Positions 1 through 10,519 are shown, numbered from the stretch's first letter. The stretch: DNA of 64,000 nucleotides from Parachlamydiales bacterium (GCA_963765145.1 CAVXVG010000026.1:218769-282768), one strand, 5' to 3'. The notes: generated by a model not told the origin, from the letters alone. Numbers and translations are program-made.

Positions 1-2887
1 CATAAAAAGCACCTGTGACAACATCGACGGGGTCAGAAACAAGGTTAGTTCCCAATTTGTGGCCAGGTCGGACATCGGCAGTCAACCATGTCTTCTGAAT
101 TTGTTCCGTTACTTGCTGATTGGTGGGAGTTAGCTTTGGAAGAGAAAGGAGGTCGTTAGAAATTTTAAAAAGAGTGAAACCGTTTTTGTAAGGAGATAAC
201 TTTGTATCTACAAGAAAATTTGGCGGAAGGGGCGAGCCATAGCCTCCATGTATAAAATGGTCGTGGTCAGAAATGAGGGCAGCGCTGAAACGTGGATTAA
301 AAATCAAAGTGCCTATCCCCCTATATGATGGTGGATTTCTTCCATTTGATATGAGTTCCGGAGTCATGTAGGCATAGGAAAGAGGGCTACTTTTTGGATC
401 TTCAAAAACCTCTTTTAAAATCGCCCATTGTCCTTTAGAAAGGGCGCGAAGTTGAAGAAATGGGATTTTGTCTAACTGAGAAAAACTCTCTTTAGTTAAA
501 GCTAGTATGCCACGATCTTCTCTGTGTGCATTTTCTAACAATTTTACTGTCGAGACCGGATGAGAATCCTGGAAAAGATCTCGTAAAATTTGATGCTCAT
601 TAGAAGAGTTGTTGATCGCCAGATGATTTTGAAGTTGTCCTCCTAAAACGGTTTTTAAGGGTGTTGGCTCATCTAGATAAGTTGTATAAAATTGCATGTC
701 GACTTGGGGGAAAACGAGTTCTCCGGTCGACAGGTCAGGGGAAAGTTTGGCAAGCCCTACAGCAAAGCAAGTAATGGGAGGTATTTTATGTAATGCAGCT
801 AATATTTGTTCAGCCCTGCTACATTTTTCAAAATAGGCCATTCCCATGAAGGAAAGAAGATGATGAAGTCTTTTAGTTTCATCTTTTTCGGTTTCATAAG
901 CTTTTTGAAATAGTTCGAGGTGTTTTGTGGTCACCCTTCCGGTATGAAAACAAAGTGCTGTACGGGTTCCCCGCGTAAAGGAAAAGGCCTTTAAAGGTTT
1001 GTCATTGAAGCACACAGTGAGGGAGAGCGTAGAGTCATATGCATCTAGAGGTAATACAAGGCTCTTTCCTTGGACATCCTCCATTTGCAAACGGAATTCG
1101 GAAGGAGAAAAAGAGAGCTCCATGATCCCTTCATTCAAATTAGGCAATGGAAGAGAAATAGACCTTCTTTTATAGGGGTTTTCGCAAGAACCGACTGTGA
1201 TCTGCATCAATGACGGCTGGTTTAAGGGAAACCCTTCTTGGTTCTCGGCTTGTTTAGAGGGGCGAGGAAAATCTTCCCAACTATTAAATTGCTTTTTGCA
1301 AATCGTGCGATGAATACCAACATCTTTGATCGATAACTGTTGCTTTTTGAGCTCTTCCTCTAAAAATTGGAGGAATAAAACGGCAGCAGTATCATCTTTT
1401 CCATCCGACGCATTGCCTGTGAGATAATCCTTAATCCATCTGTCGGGGCTTGCAAAAGGATCGGGTAGTACACTGTAAAGATCATATCCTTCCTCTACCC
1501 GGATTTCTTTAATCCATGGATAAAGGACGATTTGTTGATCCCCATCATGTACTAACACCCCAGGAAAGGCGAGCTGGATCTCTTGTCCATCTGGTAAGTC
1601 GGTAAGCAATAATTTCCTAACTAAATGGCTTGGAAGAGATACACAGAAAGTTGGAGGAATCAAAACAGCGTTATAACCGGCAATCTCTAAAAGATGGAGG
1701 AGAAAAGCACATTGATCAGAGGGGGAACCTTGTCCTTCCAGAAAAGTCATTAAGGGGCTTCGCTTGTAAAGAGGTTCTATAAATATTCCTCCATTATTTT
1801 TTAGCCCGATGAGATCGAGTTCGATCTCGTTTTGAACATACTGGGCTAATGAGATGGGGTCTTTTCCCATATCTTGAACAAACTGAACAAGGACAGGATG
1901 TTTTTTATCATTGGAGCAAGGAACGGTGGGAGCAGATAGTGCAATCGATTGTTTGGATAGGGGCTCTAAGAAGCTCGACAAAGCAGGTTTTTTTAACATC
2001 CCTAATTGCCAAGGCGGCGGCTCTAAAAAATGAAGAGCGTACAAAAGCTTTTCGCCTGAAAAAACCTGGAAGCTATAGTTAGGATAGACGGCTTTCTGTG
2101 CAATTAAATATTGATTTTCAGAAATATATCCAATGCGTAGATCAAGGCCATATTCCTTTGAAAGGAACGTTTTGGGGATGTAAAGGAGTCCATCTTCTTT
2201 CAAATGCAAATCCCATCCTTGGCCTGAAGGGGAAGGTAGAGAGATATTCTCTTCGTAGAGCAGCTTTTCCTGTTCGTAAACTTTGACAGTCAGCTCCGGA
2301 GAGTCACTTTGAACTGTGGTTTGGTAAAACTGTTGGGTATAGAAGGTGTGATCAGATTTTGAGGTGAAATAAAACAGATCCCTTCGCTTTTTCTCCCTTT
2401 GCAAAGTGGCGTCCAAACTCAAGGGAATATGGGCAGGCTCTTTTCTGCTCGGAATTTTTTTCAATTGCAGCTTTGGTAAAAGCTCTCTTGCTTCTTTTTG
2501 GGCGTTAGAAAGATGGAAAATATTGTTGTTTAGAAGCACTGCAAGTTGTTCACATCTTTTGAGAGTTATCTCAGCATCTATTCGGATGTCTTCGATCTTT
2601 GCTTTAAGATTCTTTTTCGCTTCACTTTGGCTAAGGATCCGTAAGATTTGTTCTAGGTTTTGCTTGGATAGAATGACTTCAGCTAAAGCGCGATGATATT
2701 TGTCGAGACGTTCGTCAACCAGTTGGAAATCACACCGATCTGCCTCTTTTATCAACTGATCGTGATTTTTGATCCTTGTAGCAGCAGCTTCTCTATGCTC
2801 TCTACAATGTTTTTCGTAGCTGTTTTCGGAGAAGAGGAGGGTGGGAACTATAAGGCAGAGGGATAGGAGGGAGTAGAAAGTCTTCAT
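1..2887 (-). CDS. large secreted protein, N-terminal 962 codons only (C-terminus lies beyond position 1); possible transglutaminase-like cysteine-protease core
   Basis: The minus-strand frame is open from ATG 2887..2885 to the window edge. It is absent from the ORF track because no stop lies inside the window. Hand translation of the start gives MKTFYSLLSLCLIVPTLLFSENS, which is signal-peptide-like. Hand translation of 1667-1741 gives LEGQGSPSDQCAFLLHLLEIAGYNA, resembling the G-x-C-x-x-F-A nucleophile motif of transglutaminase-like proteases. The + strand ORFs at 1849-2696 are short and overlap it. Confidence 0.6.
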   Translation of the reverse strand, partial: MKTFYSLLSLCLIVPTLLFSENSYEKHCREHREAAATRIKNHDQLIKEADRCDFQLVDERLDKYHRALAEVILSKQNLEQILRILSQSEAKKNLKAKIEDIRIDAEITLKRCEQLAVLLNNNIFHLSNAQKEARELLPKLQLKKIPSRKEPAHIPLSLDATLQREKKRRDLFYFTSKSDHTFYTQQFYQTTVQSDSPELTVKVYEQEKLLYEENISLPSPSGQGWDLHLKEDGLLYIPKTFLSKEYGLDLRIGYISENQYLIAQKAVYPNYSFQVFSGEKLLYALHFLEPPPWQLGMLKKPALSSFLEPLSKQSIALSAPTVPCSNDKKHPVLVQFVQDMGKDPISLAQYVQNEIELDLIGLKNNGGIFIEPLYKRSPLMTFLEGQGSPSDQCAFLLHLLEIAGYNAVLIPPTFCVSLPSHLVRKLLLTDLPDGQEIQLAFPGVLVHDGDQQIVLYPWIKEIRVEEGYDLYSVLPDPFASPDRWIKDYLTGNASDGKDDTAAVLFLQFLEEELKKQQLSIKDVGIHRTICKKQFNSWEDFPRPSKQAENQEGFPLNQPSLMQITVGSCENPYKRRSISLPLPNLNEGIMELSFSPSEFRLQMEDVQGKSLVLPLDAYDSTLSLTVCFNDKPLKAFSFTRGTRTALCFHTGRVTTKHLELFQKAYETEKDETKRLHHLLSFMGMAYFEKCSRAEQILAALHKIPPITCFAVGLAKLSPDLSTGELVFPQVDMQFYTTYLDEPTPLKTVLGGQLQNHLAINNSSNEHQILRDLFQDSHPVSTVKLLENAHREDRGILALTKESFSQLDKIPFLQLRALSKGQWAILKEVFEDPKSSPLSYAYMTPELISNGRNPPSYRGIGTLIFNPRFSAALISDHDHFIHGGYGSPLPPNFLVDTKLSPYKNGFTLFKISNDLLSLPKLTPTNQQVTEQIQKTWLTADVRPGHKLGTNLVSDPVDVVTGAFY

Positions 2888-3017
2888 TCGTTAATCTCCA
2901 AACATCAAAAGACTGGAAGGTTGTATCAGACTTTCTGTTTCAAAGCTATCTATATAAATTGACTTTTCTTCAGTTATAAATTAATATCGCAGGCCCAACA
3001 TAACATAAGGAAATATT

Positions 3018-4946
3018 ATGTCCCGAATCGATGTTGGTACAGACAGATACAGTGTTAATTTTGATACATTTGAAATAAATTCGGAAAAATCTAAGAACCA
3101 CCTCAAGCTAGAAAATAGAGTAGCCCAAGCTGCTAAAGGTTCAATTAGCGCCTACAGCAGAGGAGAACTCTCGCTAAGCGGAGCTACTTTTTCTAATGTT
3201 AATTATGGCTCAAGGTTCTTCGTCGATTCACCCTCGACCTTCCCTGGTGGCACCTTGGTCCTTATGGATGCTCCCTTTTCTATGAATTCCACAACTAATC
3301 TAATTACCCCCCTAGAGTTAGTTGAAAGGTACAAAAAAAACTCGATAGGTCAGGATCCTATCACATGTGCCTTGAGATTCGCAGATTACGATGCTGTTCT
3401 TGCCATCGCTGACTATAATTATGAAGAGTCAAAAGGGAGCTCTCAATATAGCGAAGTATTGAATGCAGTACTGAGAAGAATCATACTAGGTGACGCCCCC
3501 ATAGTTTTCCTTGATCTCAAGGAAAAAGAGCAATTTATCATCTTGAAATTATTTGATCGTTTGATTAATTCCGGCAAAGTTTCTCCTAAAACCGATGCAT
3601 CCTCTCATATCGATACAACCGGATGCTTACTACTGAAGTTTCAATTCTTTGATTTACTCGAAAGGCTTCTTGCTGCTGGCTATGACATAGACCAAAGCTA
3701 CGGACAATTACTCAAGGAGGCAATACGAAATAATGATGAAAAAGGAGTCAAGTTCCTTTTCGAACATGGAGCTAAACTAGAAAATGGATTTGGGCATGAT
3801 GAACTGCACGATGCGTTGCAAAAAGGCAATGTTACCATCGCTAAATTACTTCTCGAAAACGGTGCAGATGTTCATAAACAGTATGAAGAGCATTCTTTAC
3901 AGTATTCTCTAGTAGATATAGCTGATAGATGTGTTGCAAAACCTTTTAGAAGTCAGGCTATCAAACTTCTAGAATCCTATGGTGCTGTTTCAAATGAAAC
4001 AGAACGAGTCAATCTATTGCTTAGCCGCTTTGAGAAAACCAGCGAGCAATTCTCCCCTGTTAAATACTGTCTCTCAAACCAAAAATATAGGTCTGCAAGG
4101 GATTTACTCTGCTTAATCAAAGAGAGGCAAGAGCTGTTTGAGATTCTAGGCTTCTTTTTCGAAAATGATCCTGACATTCTCGAAAGGACATTTACTGGCA
4201 TAAGCCCTTTTTGTGAAGATGAAGGTGCTTTCCTTGATAAATTGCTTGATATAGCATTTGAATTAGATGTTACTCCGGCTGATTTCAATCCTTATTTCCA
4301 AACATTTTGTAAGATTGGAGATGGCCCAATCGTACCAATTATCAAACGACTTTTGGACTTCGGCGTCGATCCTAACCAATCAGGTGGAATAGGAATTGCT
4401 ACAGCTGCGTGGTTTAACCAACAGGATTTAGTAGATTTGTTCATTGAGTATGGAGCCAAGCTAGACCTTCAACATAACCCCCTCTATGCAGCAATGATGA
4501 ACGGAAACATCTATATAGCTGAGCAACTCCTCAAGAAGAGCGCAGACATTGATAAGGACGATCTGCTGCTTACGACAATCTTGTTAGGCAAATTCGAATA
4601 CAGTCCATTTCAAGTCACAACTCTGTCTGAGCTGGCCGTCATCTACCAAAATCGGGATTTAATAAGAGACTTGAAGAAGGGAGTATATTCTCATAACCAA
4701 GAAAGCCACCTTAATAGGATTGCCTTCTTGCTAGAGAATGGGGCTGATCCGAATAAGCCACCAAAAGACGAGCCTTTCAGCATCCTTTATTCAGCTCTTT
4801 CCTTGCCTGATCACGATAACCATGTTTGTGAATACAAAAAATCTGTTCTCGATTTACTCGTCCAATATGGTGCAAAGCTCACCTCCAAGGATGGTGTTGT
4901 TAAATTCCTGGCAGAAAAATACAGAATAGATTTAGAGAGGGTTTAA
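3018..4946 (+). CDS. ankyrin-repeat protein (effector candidate)
   Basis: 642 aa with repeated ANK signatures: LFEHGAKLENG, LLLENGADVHK, LLDFGVDPNQ, FIEYGAKLD, LLENGADPNKP and LVQYGAKL. There is no signal peptide. The gene looks AT-richer by eye than the neighbouring housekeeping genes. Confidence 0.85.
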   Translation: MSRIDVGTDRYSVNFDTFEINSEKSKNHLKLENRVAQAAKGSISAYSRGELSLSGATFSNVNYGSRFFVDSPSTFPGGTLVLMDAPFSMNSTTNLITPLELVERYKKNSIGQDPITCALRFADYDAVLAIADYNYEESKGSSQYSEVLNAVLRRIILGDAPIVFLDLKEKEQFIILKLFDRLINSGKVSPKTDASSHIDTTGCLLLKFQFFDLLERLLAAGYDIDQSYGQLLKEAIRNNDEKGVKFLFEHGAKLENGFGHDELHDALQKGNVTIAKLLLENGADVHKQYEEHSLQYSLVDIADRCVAKPFRSQAIKLLESYGAVSNETERVNLLLSRFEKTSEQFSPVKYCLSNQKYRSARDLLCLIKERQELFEILGFFFENDPDILERTFTGISPFCEDEGAFLDKLLDIAFELDVTPADFNPYFQTFCKIGDGPIVPIIKRLLDFGVDPNQSGGIGIATAAWFNQQDLVDLFIEYGAKLDLQHNPLYAAMMNGNIYIAEQLLKKSADIDKDDLLLTTILLGKFEYSPFQVTTLSELAVIYQNRDLIRDLKKGVYSHNQESHLNRIAFLLENGADPNKPPKDEPFSILYSALSLPDHDNHVCEYKKSVLDLLVQYGAKLTSKDGVVKFLAEKYRIDLERV

Positions 4947-4988
4947 AAAACCACCTAAAGGACTTTGTCCTGTCTCTTTTCAAAATAT

Positions 4989-5026
4989 AATAGCGTCCTG
5001 AGAAAACTTTCCACGACGCTATTTTT
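4989..5026 (+). terminator. possible intrinsic terminator after the ankyrin gene
   Basis: AATAGCGTC (4989-4997) pairs with GACGCTATT (5015-5023), followed by a T-run. The loop is long (17 nt), so this is a weak call. Confidence 0.3.
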
Positions 5027-5106
5027 AGGATTCACCTTAAATGCTTTCATATTTCGGTCCTGCGGACCTATTAGAAGGCAAAATTTCGTATTTCAAGCGC
5101 TTCGGG

Positions 5107-7914
5107 TTAGAAGGTAGCTTGGAGGCCGGCGCTTATGAAGAAGTTGGAGGCATTTCTCCATACTTCACCGCCGTATTCAGCCCACAGCCTTACGTTTTCG
5201 TTGACCTGACTTGATAGGGTGACGGCTGCCTCTCCGCTATTTCTGTTTAACCTGACTCCTTCAAGGGCAAAGGGGGTGCCAAAGCCAACAAAAGATTGGT
5301 TATACAAAAATTGATCGGAAGTCAGTCGATAGTTCCAAGCTCCATCAAAGCTCAGCGAAAAAGAGCAGATTTCGGCTGTGGTGAGGTGGAGGCCAAGTCT
5401 GCCTGTTGCAGAGCCACGGTTACGTTTGAATAGGTTGAGGTCTAGGTCTGCAGCGCCCGATTCTGTAAAAGAAGGTCTGAAAAAGCCGCTTGCTTCAATG
5501 CCGATAAAGGGTTGGATAAGAGCCCAAGTGGCCGGAATGTCAAAGCCCCCTTCGCCATAAAAAGTGATGTCGTAGATGTTAGGGTTGCTTTTGGTCGCAA
5601 AATCAAGATCGCCTATGGTGATAAACCGTTGGACTCGGTTGTTGGTGTATCCAAAAGCAAGATCGACCAAGAGATAAAATTCTTCAGGACGGTAAAGACC
5701 ATACAAACCGACAAAACCGCTATCTAGTTTGCCTCGGCTGTCGATGTTGTAGTGGACAAAGTCATGCTCATAAGACCCGGCTATGCCGATTGTTAATGCA
5801 TCACAGAATGTTTTTTGTCCGCCGAGGGTAATTTCCCACCCGTTCAAATTAAATCCAAAACTGTTTCCATCGTTTTGAGTAAAACTTCGGTTCCATCCTC
5901 CTTCTATCCACAGCTCAAAATCAGGAGTGCAGGGGAGGCATTCTGGTGAAGTGGTCACCAAATAACGGATCGGATCATATAGACGACGGATAAATTGACG
6001 GTTCAGGGTGCCGACGATAAAAGGGTCGTTGGTGTAAGGATCGCCACTTAATTGATCAAGTGCATCGGTTAAAAAAGCAGGAGAAAGCCCAACTAAGGCG
6101 TTGAGAAGGCTGTTGAGTTCAGGGTCTGGATCGCTGTTAGCTGTTAACGAATCAAGCTGGGTCGCAACTTGTCTTTCGTTGTAAGAAACCGCTCCATTGA
6201 TAAGGGCTGTTTTAACCGTCAAGAAAACAGCATTAGGATCTGAATAATCGAGAAAGGGGATGAAGTAAGGAGAGGTTTCTGCGCTTGTTACATTGCTAAA
6301 CTGTCCGAACACCCCACCAGATGCCGTTAAAATAGTGTATTTTGCCCCAAAGTCGATTCCGTCAATTGGATAGACCACAACGGTTCCTCCATTGAGAACA
6401 GCAGTTCCCGGTGTCCCGGAAACGGCGATCAAATCGCTTTGTCCGGCGTCATTGATTTCAACGTTGTAGATGGTGTTGAAGTTTTGGGTGTAAGAGTTAA
6501 ACGACAATGTGCCGATGCTATTTCCGGGAGAGATGGTACTTCCCGACATGAGGGTGACTCTTGAAGCGCTTCCGGTTCCGGAAAGTGTTCCGGATTCAAT
6601 GGTGGTCGTGCCTCCAAGAGAGCCGTTTAAAGTCAGTTGAGCCCCTTCCGTGACAGCTGTTGTCCCTGCAAAGGCAGAGCTATCTCCATCCAGCAATAAG
6701 GCCCCGCCTTGAAGGTTGAAAGCTCCATTTCCGGAAAGGGCACCGGAAAAGTAGGTAGAGTTATTTCCTATTACAGTTAAAGCGCCTGTCCCGTGAAGAC
6801 CTGTCTCAACAACGCCTGAGCCCGATAGAGAAAAGATTTCATTCGTAAAATCGTTGGTCCCGTTATTCATCGATAGAGTGCCATCAATGAAGTGGTCGGA
6901 ATGAGCCGATAAGGTGTTATTATTCCCTGCAATTAATGAGGAATCAACATCAACGCTTGTTAGGCCTGTGTAGGTGTTGCTGTTGGAGGTTGAAAAAGTG
7001 ACCGACCCGGGACCTGTAATGAAAAGATTTCCGTTGTTTGAAAGATCTGTTACGCCACCCGATAAGGTCACAGCTTCGTTTGCATAGATCTCAGCCGTAA
7101 ATCCGGGAGCAATTTGGATCGAGTTGGCTAGGGAAAGAGGAGAGACATTCAAGATCTGCAATTGACTTGTGGTGCTAGGAAATGTATCAGAATCAAAAAG
7201 AATTTGACCTGTCCCTATGTTATTTGCAGTGACGATCGATACGGTCCCTTGACTTAAGATGGTACCCCAATCGAAGTTGGTTAAATTGTTTCCAGATAGG
7301 GCAAAAGTTCCGGTTCCGATTTTGTTCAAAGTGCCCGAGGCTGTTCCGGAAATGGTGCCGGCGTAGGTTAAGTTGGCATTAGCAGAACCAACTGTCAAAT
7401 CGGCAGAACCCAGTGCTACGTTGCACAATCCATCTGTATTGCTGATGTTAAGCATTTGAAAACCACTGACATTTAATGCAGTTCCAACTCCTGAGAGGTT
7501 CAACAAGACATTTGGACTGTTAGTAGAGTTGCCTGCACTTCCAATAAAAGCGACTGTTTGGCCGAGATTGAAGGTCTGAGTCGTTCCACTCAAGTTGACA
7601 ATGCCCCCATTATCGCAAGGGATTGAAAAGGTAGAGCCTGTGATTTGTAATGTATAAGAATAAGGGTTTACTTCGAGAGGAAAGGTGATGTTGCTTAAAG
7701 AAAGAAGGCCGCTTACAAGGGTTGGTTGATGAGACACTCCTGTGGTATCAAACTGTGCAATAGCATTTGGTTGATTGGGCACAGCTCCGCCTGACCAGTT
7801 CAAAGGTTCGGAAAGATCGGTTGGATCACCAACGTTTCCACCTTGCCAAACGATGGGTAAAGCAGAAAGGGGAGAGGTGAGGCAGACAAAGGCAAGAATA
7901 GAGTGTTTAAGCAC
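5107..7914 (-). CDS. autotransporter outer-membrane protein (beta-helical passenger plus C-terminal beta-barrel)
   Basis: 935 aa with the signal peptide MLKHSILAFVCLTSPLSALP. The passenger is Gly/Thr/Asn-rich with autotransporter-associated beta-strand repeats (LNKIGTGTFALSGNN, GTGALTVIGNNSTYFSGALSGNGAFNLQGGALLLDG). The C-terminal ~280 aa show an alternating beta-barrel pattern and end in the aromatic residue of AGLQATF. Confidence 0.85.
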   Translation of the reverse strand: MLKHSILAFVCLTSPLSALPIVWQGGNVGDPTDLSEPLNWSGGAVPNQPNAIAQFDTTGVSHQPTLVSGLLSLSNITFPLEVNPYSYTLQITGSTFSIPCDNGGIVNLSGTTQTFNLGQTVAFIGSAGNSTNSPNVLLNLSGVGTALNVSGFQMLNISNTDGLCNVALGSADLTVGSANANLTYAGTISGTASGTLNKIGTGTFALSGNNLTNFDWGTILSQGTVSIVTANNIGTGQILFDSDTFPSTTSQLQILNVSPLSLANSIQIAPGFTAEIYANEAVTLSGGVTDLSNNGNLFITGPGSVTFSTSNSNTYTGLTSVDVDSSLIAGNNNTLSAHSDHFIDGTLSMNNGTNDFTNEIFSLSGSGVVETGLHGTGALTVIGNNSTYFSGALSGNGAFNLQGGALLLDGDSSAFAGTTAVTEGAQLTLNGSLGGTTTIESGTLSGTGSASRVTLMSGSTISPGNSIGTLSFNSYTQNFNTIYNVEINDAGQSDLIAVSGTPGTAVLNGGTVVVYPIDGIDFGAKYTILTASGGVFGQFSNVTSAETSPYFIPFLDYSDPNAVFLTVKTALINGAVSYNERQVATQLDSLTANSDPDPELNSLLNALVGLSPAFLTDALDQLSGDPYTNDPFIVGTLNRQFIRRLYDPIRYLVTTSPECLPCTPDFELWIEGGWNRSFTQNDGNSFGFNLNGWEITLGGQKTFCDALTIGIAGSYEHDFVHYNIDSRGKLDSGFVGLYGLYRPEEFYLLVDLAFGYTNNRVQRFITIGDLDFATKSNPNIYDITFYGEGGFDIPATWALIQPFIGIEASGFFRPSFTESGAADLDLNLFKRNRGSATGRLGLHLTTAEICSFSLSFDGAWNYRLTSDQFLYNQSFVGFGTPFALEGVRLNRNSGEAAVTLSSQVNENVRLWAEYGGEVWRNASNFFISAGLQATF

Positions 7915-8036
7915 AAGCGGCTCCTTAAAAATTCCATTCGTACACTAAGCCTACATTTCAGGGCAATCTGAAAATCTTTTATATGTTAAAGGGCGTTCTT
8001 GCATATTAACCACTTGAGGCAGTGAACTTTTTAATT

Positions 8037-8130
8037 CGCAACGCGTTTGGAGCGCTAAACTCTTATTTAGCTTTTACTTTCACTGATAAGTCAAAGCTAA
8101 ACAAGAGTTTAGCGCTCCAAACGCTTCGCG
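8037..8130. repeat. R1 palindromic element (CGCGAAGCGTTTGGAG... family), copy 1
   Basis: A 94-bp near-perfect hairpin: CGCAACGCGTTTGGAGCGCTAAACTCTTATTTAGC...GCTAAACAAGAGTTTAGCGCTCCAAACGCTTCGCG. The same element occurs at 43276-43369 and 54933-55026, and in disrupted form at 37516-38810. Confidence 0.85.
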
Positions 8131-8163
8131 TTATGCAACATAACCGTGCCAAAGTCCTCTTTG

Positions 8164-10353
8164 CTAGCGGGTTTCTGGCAATTGCGAAAGCTGCTCTTGA
8201 ATGAGTTGGTTTTGCATGAATTTCATTTTAGTGAGCTCTAGCCCTGGAAATGCAAAAGGGCCGTTTAAAAGATTTGTAAGGTAGGGTGTTACGTCTAGCG
8301 GAGCAGGCTGAGTTCCCTGATAGACAAGTTTTAGGGCGATTGTCATTAATGCGGCATGGGCCTGATCTCGAGAGGTAGTGGTGATACTCTTGTCGCCAAA
8401 ATAACTGTTCCACTCTTGTTCTAGTTTCATATATTCCAAGAAGAGTTCTTTGCTGTGTGGTTGAGAGTTTAACTTCTCGTAACGAGAAGAAAGATCTGCA
8501 AAAGCCTTTTTATTGTCGAAAGTTCCCTTTCTAGTGATAGGTGAAAATGTTGTTTTCCCAATTAAGCCAAGGTCGGTAAGAGCCGCTTTTTGTTTTGTAA
8601 TCTTGCCTCTTAAGTCAGAGATCTCTTTTTGGGGGAATTGTACGCTACTTTTAGTGGCAAGCTCTCGATCAAACTTTTCAAGCTCTGCATAGGTTGTTAT
8701 AGATTTGAGCCGCTCTCCTAGTTCAGGCGCTTTAGCGAACGATTGTTTGACCGCGTCCATTTTAGCTAGAAACTGATCTAATTTCTTTTGATCAGGCAAT
8801 TTTTCTTTGATCTCAACGATTTGGGCTCGTGCCTCATCGAAATCGGCTGGCAGGCTGGTTAGATTTCGATAATATGGACTGATAATTCTATCAGCCATTT
8901 TTTCCAAAGCTTTCATATGCACTTCTTCTTGAAGTAGAGAAGGTGCAGTTACTAGTTGAATTGCTTCTTCAGCTTTGGGTTCTACGAGAGCGTCGGCAAA
9001 TTTATCGATAATGAATTTTTTGAAGGTAGGATTTTCTTCCATTAGCTGTACCAACAGCGGATGGTTGTTGATGGCATCCCCCTTCTCGACCGTCGCGTAG
9101 GCTTTCGACAGTGAAGCGACAAGTTGTTGCTTAATTTCGTCCTGACGAATGCCCTTAGCGCCTTCAAATAGCGGAAGAACTAGAATGACTTTTTCCTCAT
9201 CAGATGGGGTTTTTATCTCTGTTGCATTGATTTGGCGCTGTATTTCAGAGAGTTCTTTGACGACTTTCTCTTTTATTTTTGGAAAACGTTCAAAAATGAG
9301 CTTTTGCTGCTCGAGGGGTAATTCTCGAAGTGTTTTCCAAGCATAGGTGGGAAGAGGTTGTTGTGCGTCGAGTTTTCCAATTTCTATGAGTTGAGTTGCC
9401 ACTTTAGAGTCAACCTTCTTTGTAACTAAATGGTCGAAATGGAGCGCATCTTGCCATGAAGATTTCTGTTCTAAGGCTGCTTTTAACTGCGGGCATTTTC
9501 CATCGGTGTGGATAATGCGAATGACATGGTCAAGTTTATCAGGCTCATCAAGGAGCTGTTTTAACCAAAAGTCTACAGCCTCATCTTGCTTACTATAAAC
9601 GACAATAGCAAGATTGTCGACGATCTGATCATACGTTTGTTCATGTACTGACTGATTGTTTAATGTCAGGATACCCTTTGCTTCATCCAGAAAGATTTCA
9701 TCTCGAGCTTCTTCATAGGTAGGAGTCTCAAAAAGGTTTGCCGCTTGTTCTGTTTTTGGCGTTAGAAGTTTTTCCACAAGAAGAAACTTTGGCGTGTTGC
9801 TATAGGGATTTTTTTCTTCCGAAAACTTGATGTGCGCTTCGATTTGACTGATCATTAAATTCGTAAAATCAAGCATGACGCCCGAAAGTTTTTTATCTTC
9901 CTTAAACTGCTGAAGCTCTTTTAAATTAGATTGTAGTGTATCGGTGCCGGGCTTATCTTTTTTAAGTTCTTCTTCTGTAGATTCAATGCAAGCGATGACG
10001 GCTTTATTTTTGGGAAGAATATGCATTGCCATGAAGAGAAACTGGGTGATCCAGTTGCCCTTCCAGATTTTCTCCTTATGATCTATCAGTGTATTTTTGA
10101 AAGTTTTACATGCAGAAATCTCTTTGGTCACTTTTTGTGAGAGAGAAAGAAGCCGTTGTTTGTCAGCCAGCCCTGGCGTTTTATCTAATTTACCTAAGAT
10201 ACTCTCATTAATTTCCGTAGCCGTTTTCAAAACTGCCTCGATTTTTTCGGGGTCGCGGCTCTTTCCTACCCGTTTAAGGTCGATGACTGCTTGTTCAGCC
10301 TGTGCTGATTCAGTAAGAGGTTCATTTTGACGAAGAGGTTGTGTGGCAGTCAT
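8164..10353 (-). CDS. hypothetical 729-aa hydrophilic protein, no recognisable domain (effector candidate)
   Basis: A long uninterrupted ORF rich in Lys, Glu and Gln with a coiled-coil-like composition. It has no signal peptide and one hydrophobic stretch (WITQFLFMAMHILP). Confidence 0.65.
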   Translation of the reverse strand: MTATQPLRQNEPLTESAQAEQAVIDLKRVGKSRDPEKIEAVLKTATEINESILGKLDKTPGLADKQRLLSLSQKVTKEISACKTFKNTLIDHKEKIWKGNWITQFLFMAMHILPKNKAVIACIESTEEELKKDKPGTDTLQSNLKELQQFKEDKKLSGVMLDFTNLMISQIEAHIKFSEEKNPYSNTPKFLLVEKLLTPKTEQAANLFETPTYEEARDEIFLDEAKGILTLNNQSVHEQTYDQIVDNLAIVVYSKQDEAVDFWLKQLLDEPDKLDHVIRIIHTDGKCPQLKAALEQKSSWQDALHFDHLVTKKVDSKVATQLIEIGKLDAQQPLPTYAWKTLRELPLEQQKLIFERFPKIKEKVVKELSEIQRQINATEIKTPSDEEKVILVLPLFEGAKGIRQDEIKQQLVASLSKAYATVEKGDAINNHPLLVQLMEENPTFKKFIIDKFADALVEPKAEEAIQLVTAPSLLQEEVHMKALEKMADRIISPYYRNLTSLPADFDEARAQIVEIKEKLPDQKKLDQFLAKMDAVKQSFAKAPELGERLKSITTYAELEKFDRELATKSSVQFPQKEISDLRGKITKQKAALTDLGLIGKTTFSPITRKGTFDNKKAFADLSSRYEKLNSQPHSKELFLEYMKLEQEWNSYFGDKSITTTSRDQAHAALMTIALKLVYQGTQPAPLDVTPYLTNLLNGPFAFPGLELTKMKFMQNQLIQEQLSQLPETR

Positions 10354-10482
10354 ATTCTCTCCTAGCGCTATTAGTTTTAGCCTAGAACAGGGAAATTAAG
10401 AGACAGTTAATCAACCTTAAAGAGATAGAAGATTTTCCCTTTACTCTGCGGAAGAAAAAGCTCTCTGAACAGTGATGAATTA

Positions 10483-10518
10483 CCGAACAAGGCCGTTCCT
10501 TGCTCCAAACGCTTTGCG
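10483..10518. repeat. R1 solo end (ACAAGGCCGT + TCCTTGCTCCAAACGCTTTGCG)
   Basis: It matches the right-hand pieces of the disrupted R1 copy (38523-38532 and 38789-38810). It abuts the stop codon of the LysM gene. Confidence 0.5.
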
Positions 10519-10519
10519 C

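Noticed and set aside
5107-7914. Calling the autotransporter a chlamydial polymorphic membrane protein (Pmp)
   Set aside because: I see only two GGA[ILV] motifs (GGAV, GGAL) and no regular FxxN series. The passenger looks like a generic PATR-type autotransporter, so the Pmp label is not supported.
8022-8204. 60-aa ORF across R1 (…AFTFTDKSKLNKS…) and its look-alike at 38470-38706
   Set aside because: Both are translations of the palindromic R1 core. The similarity reflects the DNA repeat, not a protein family.
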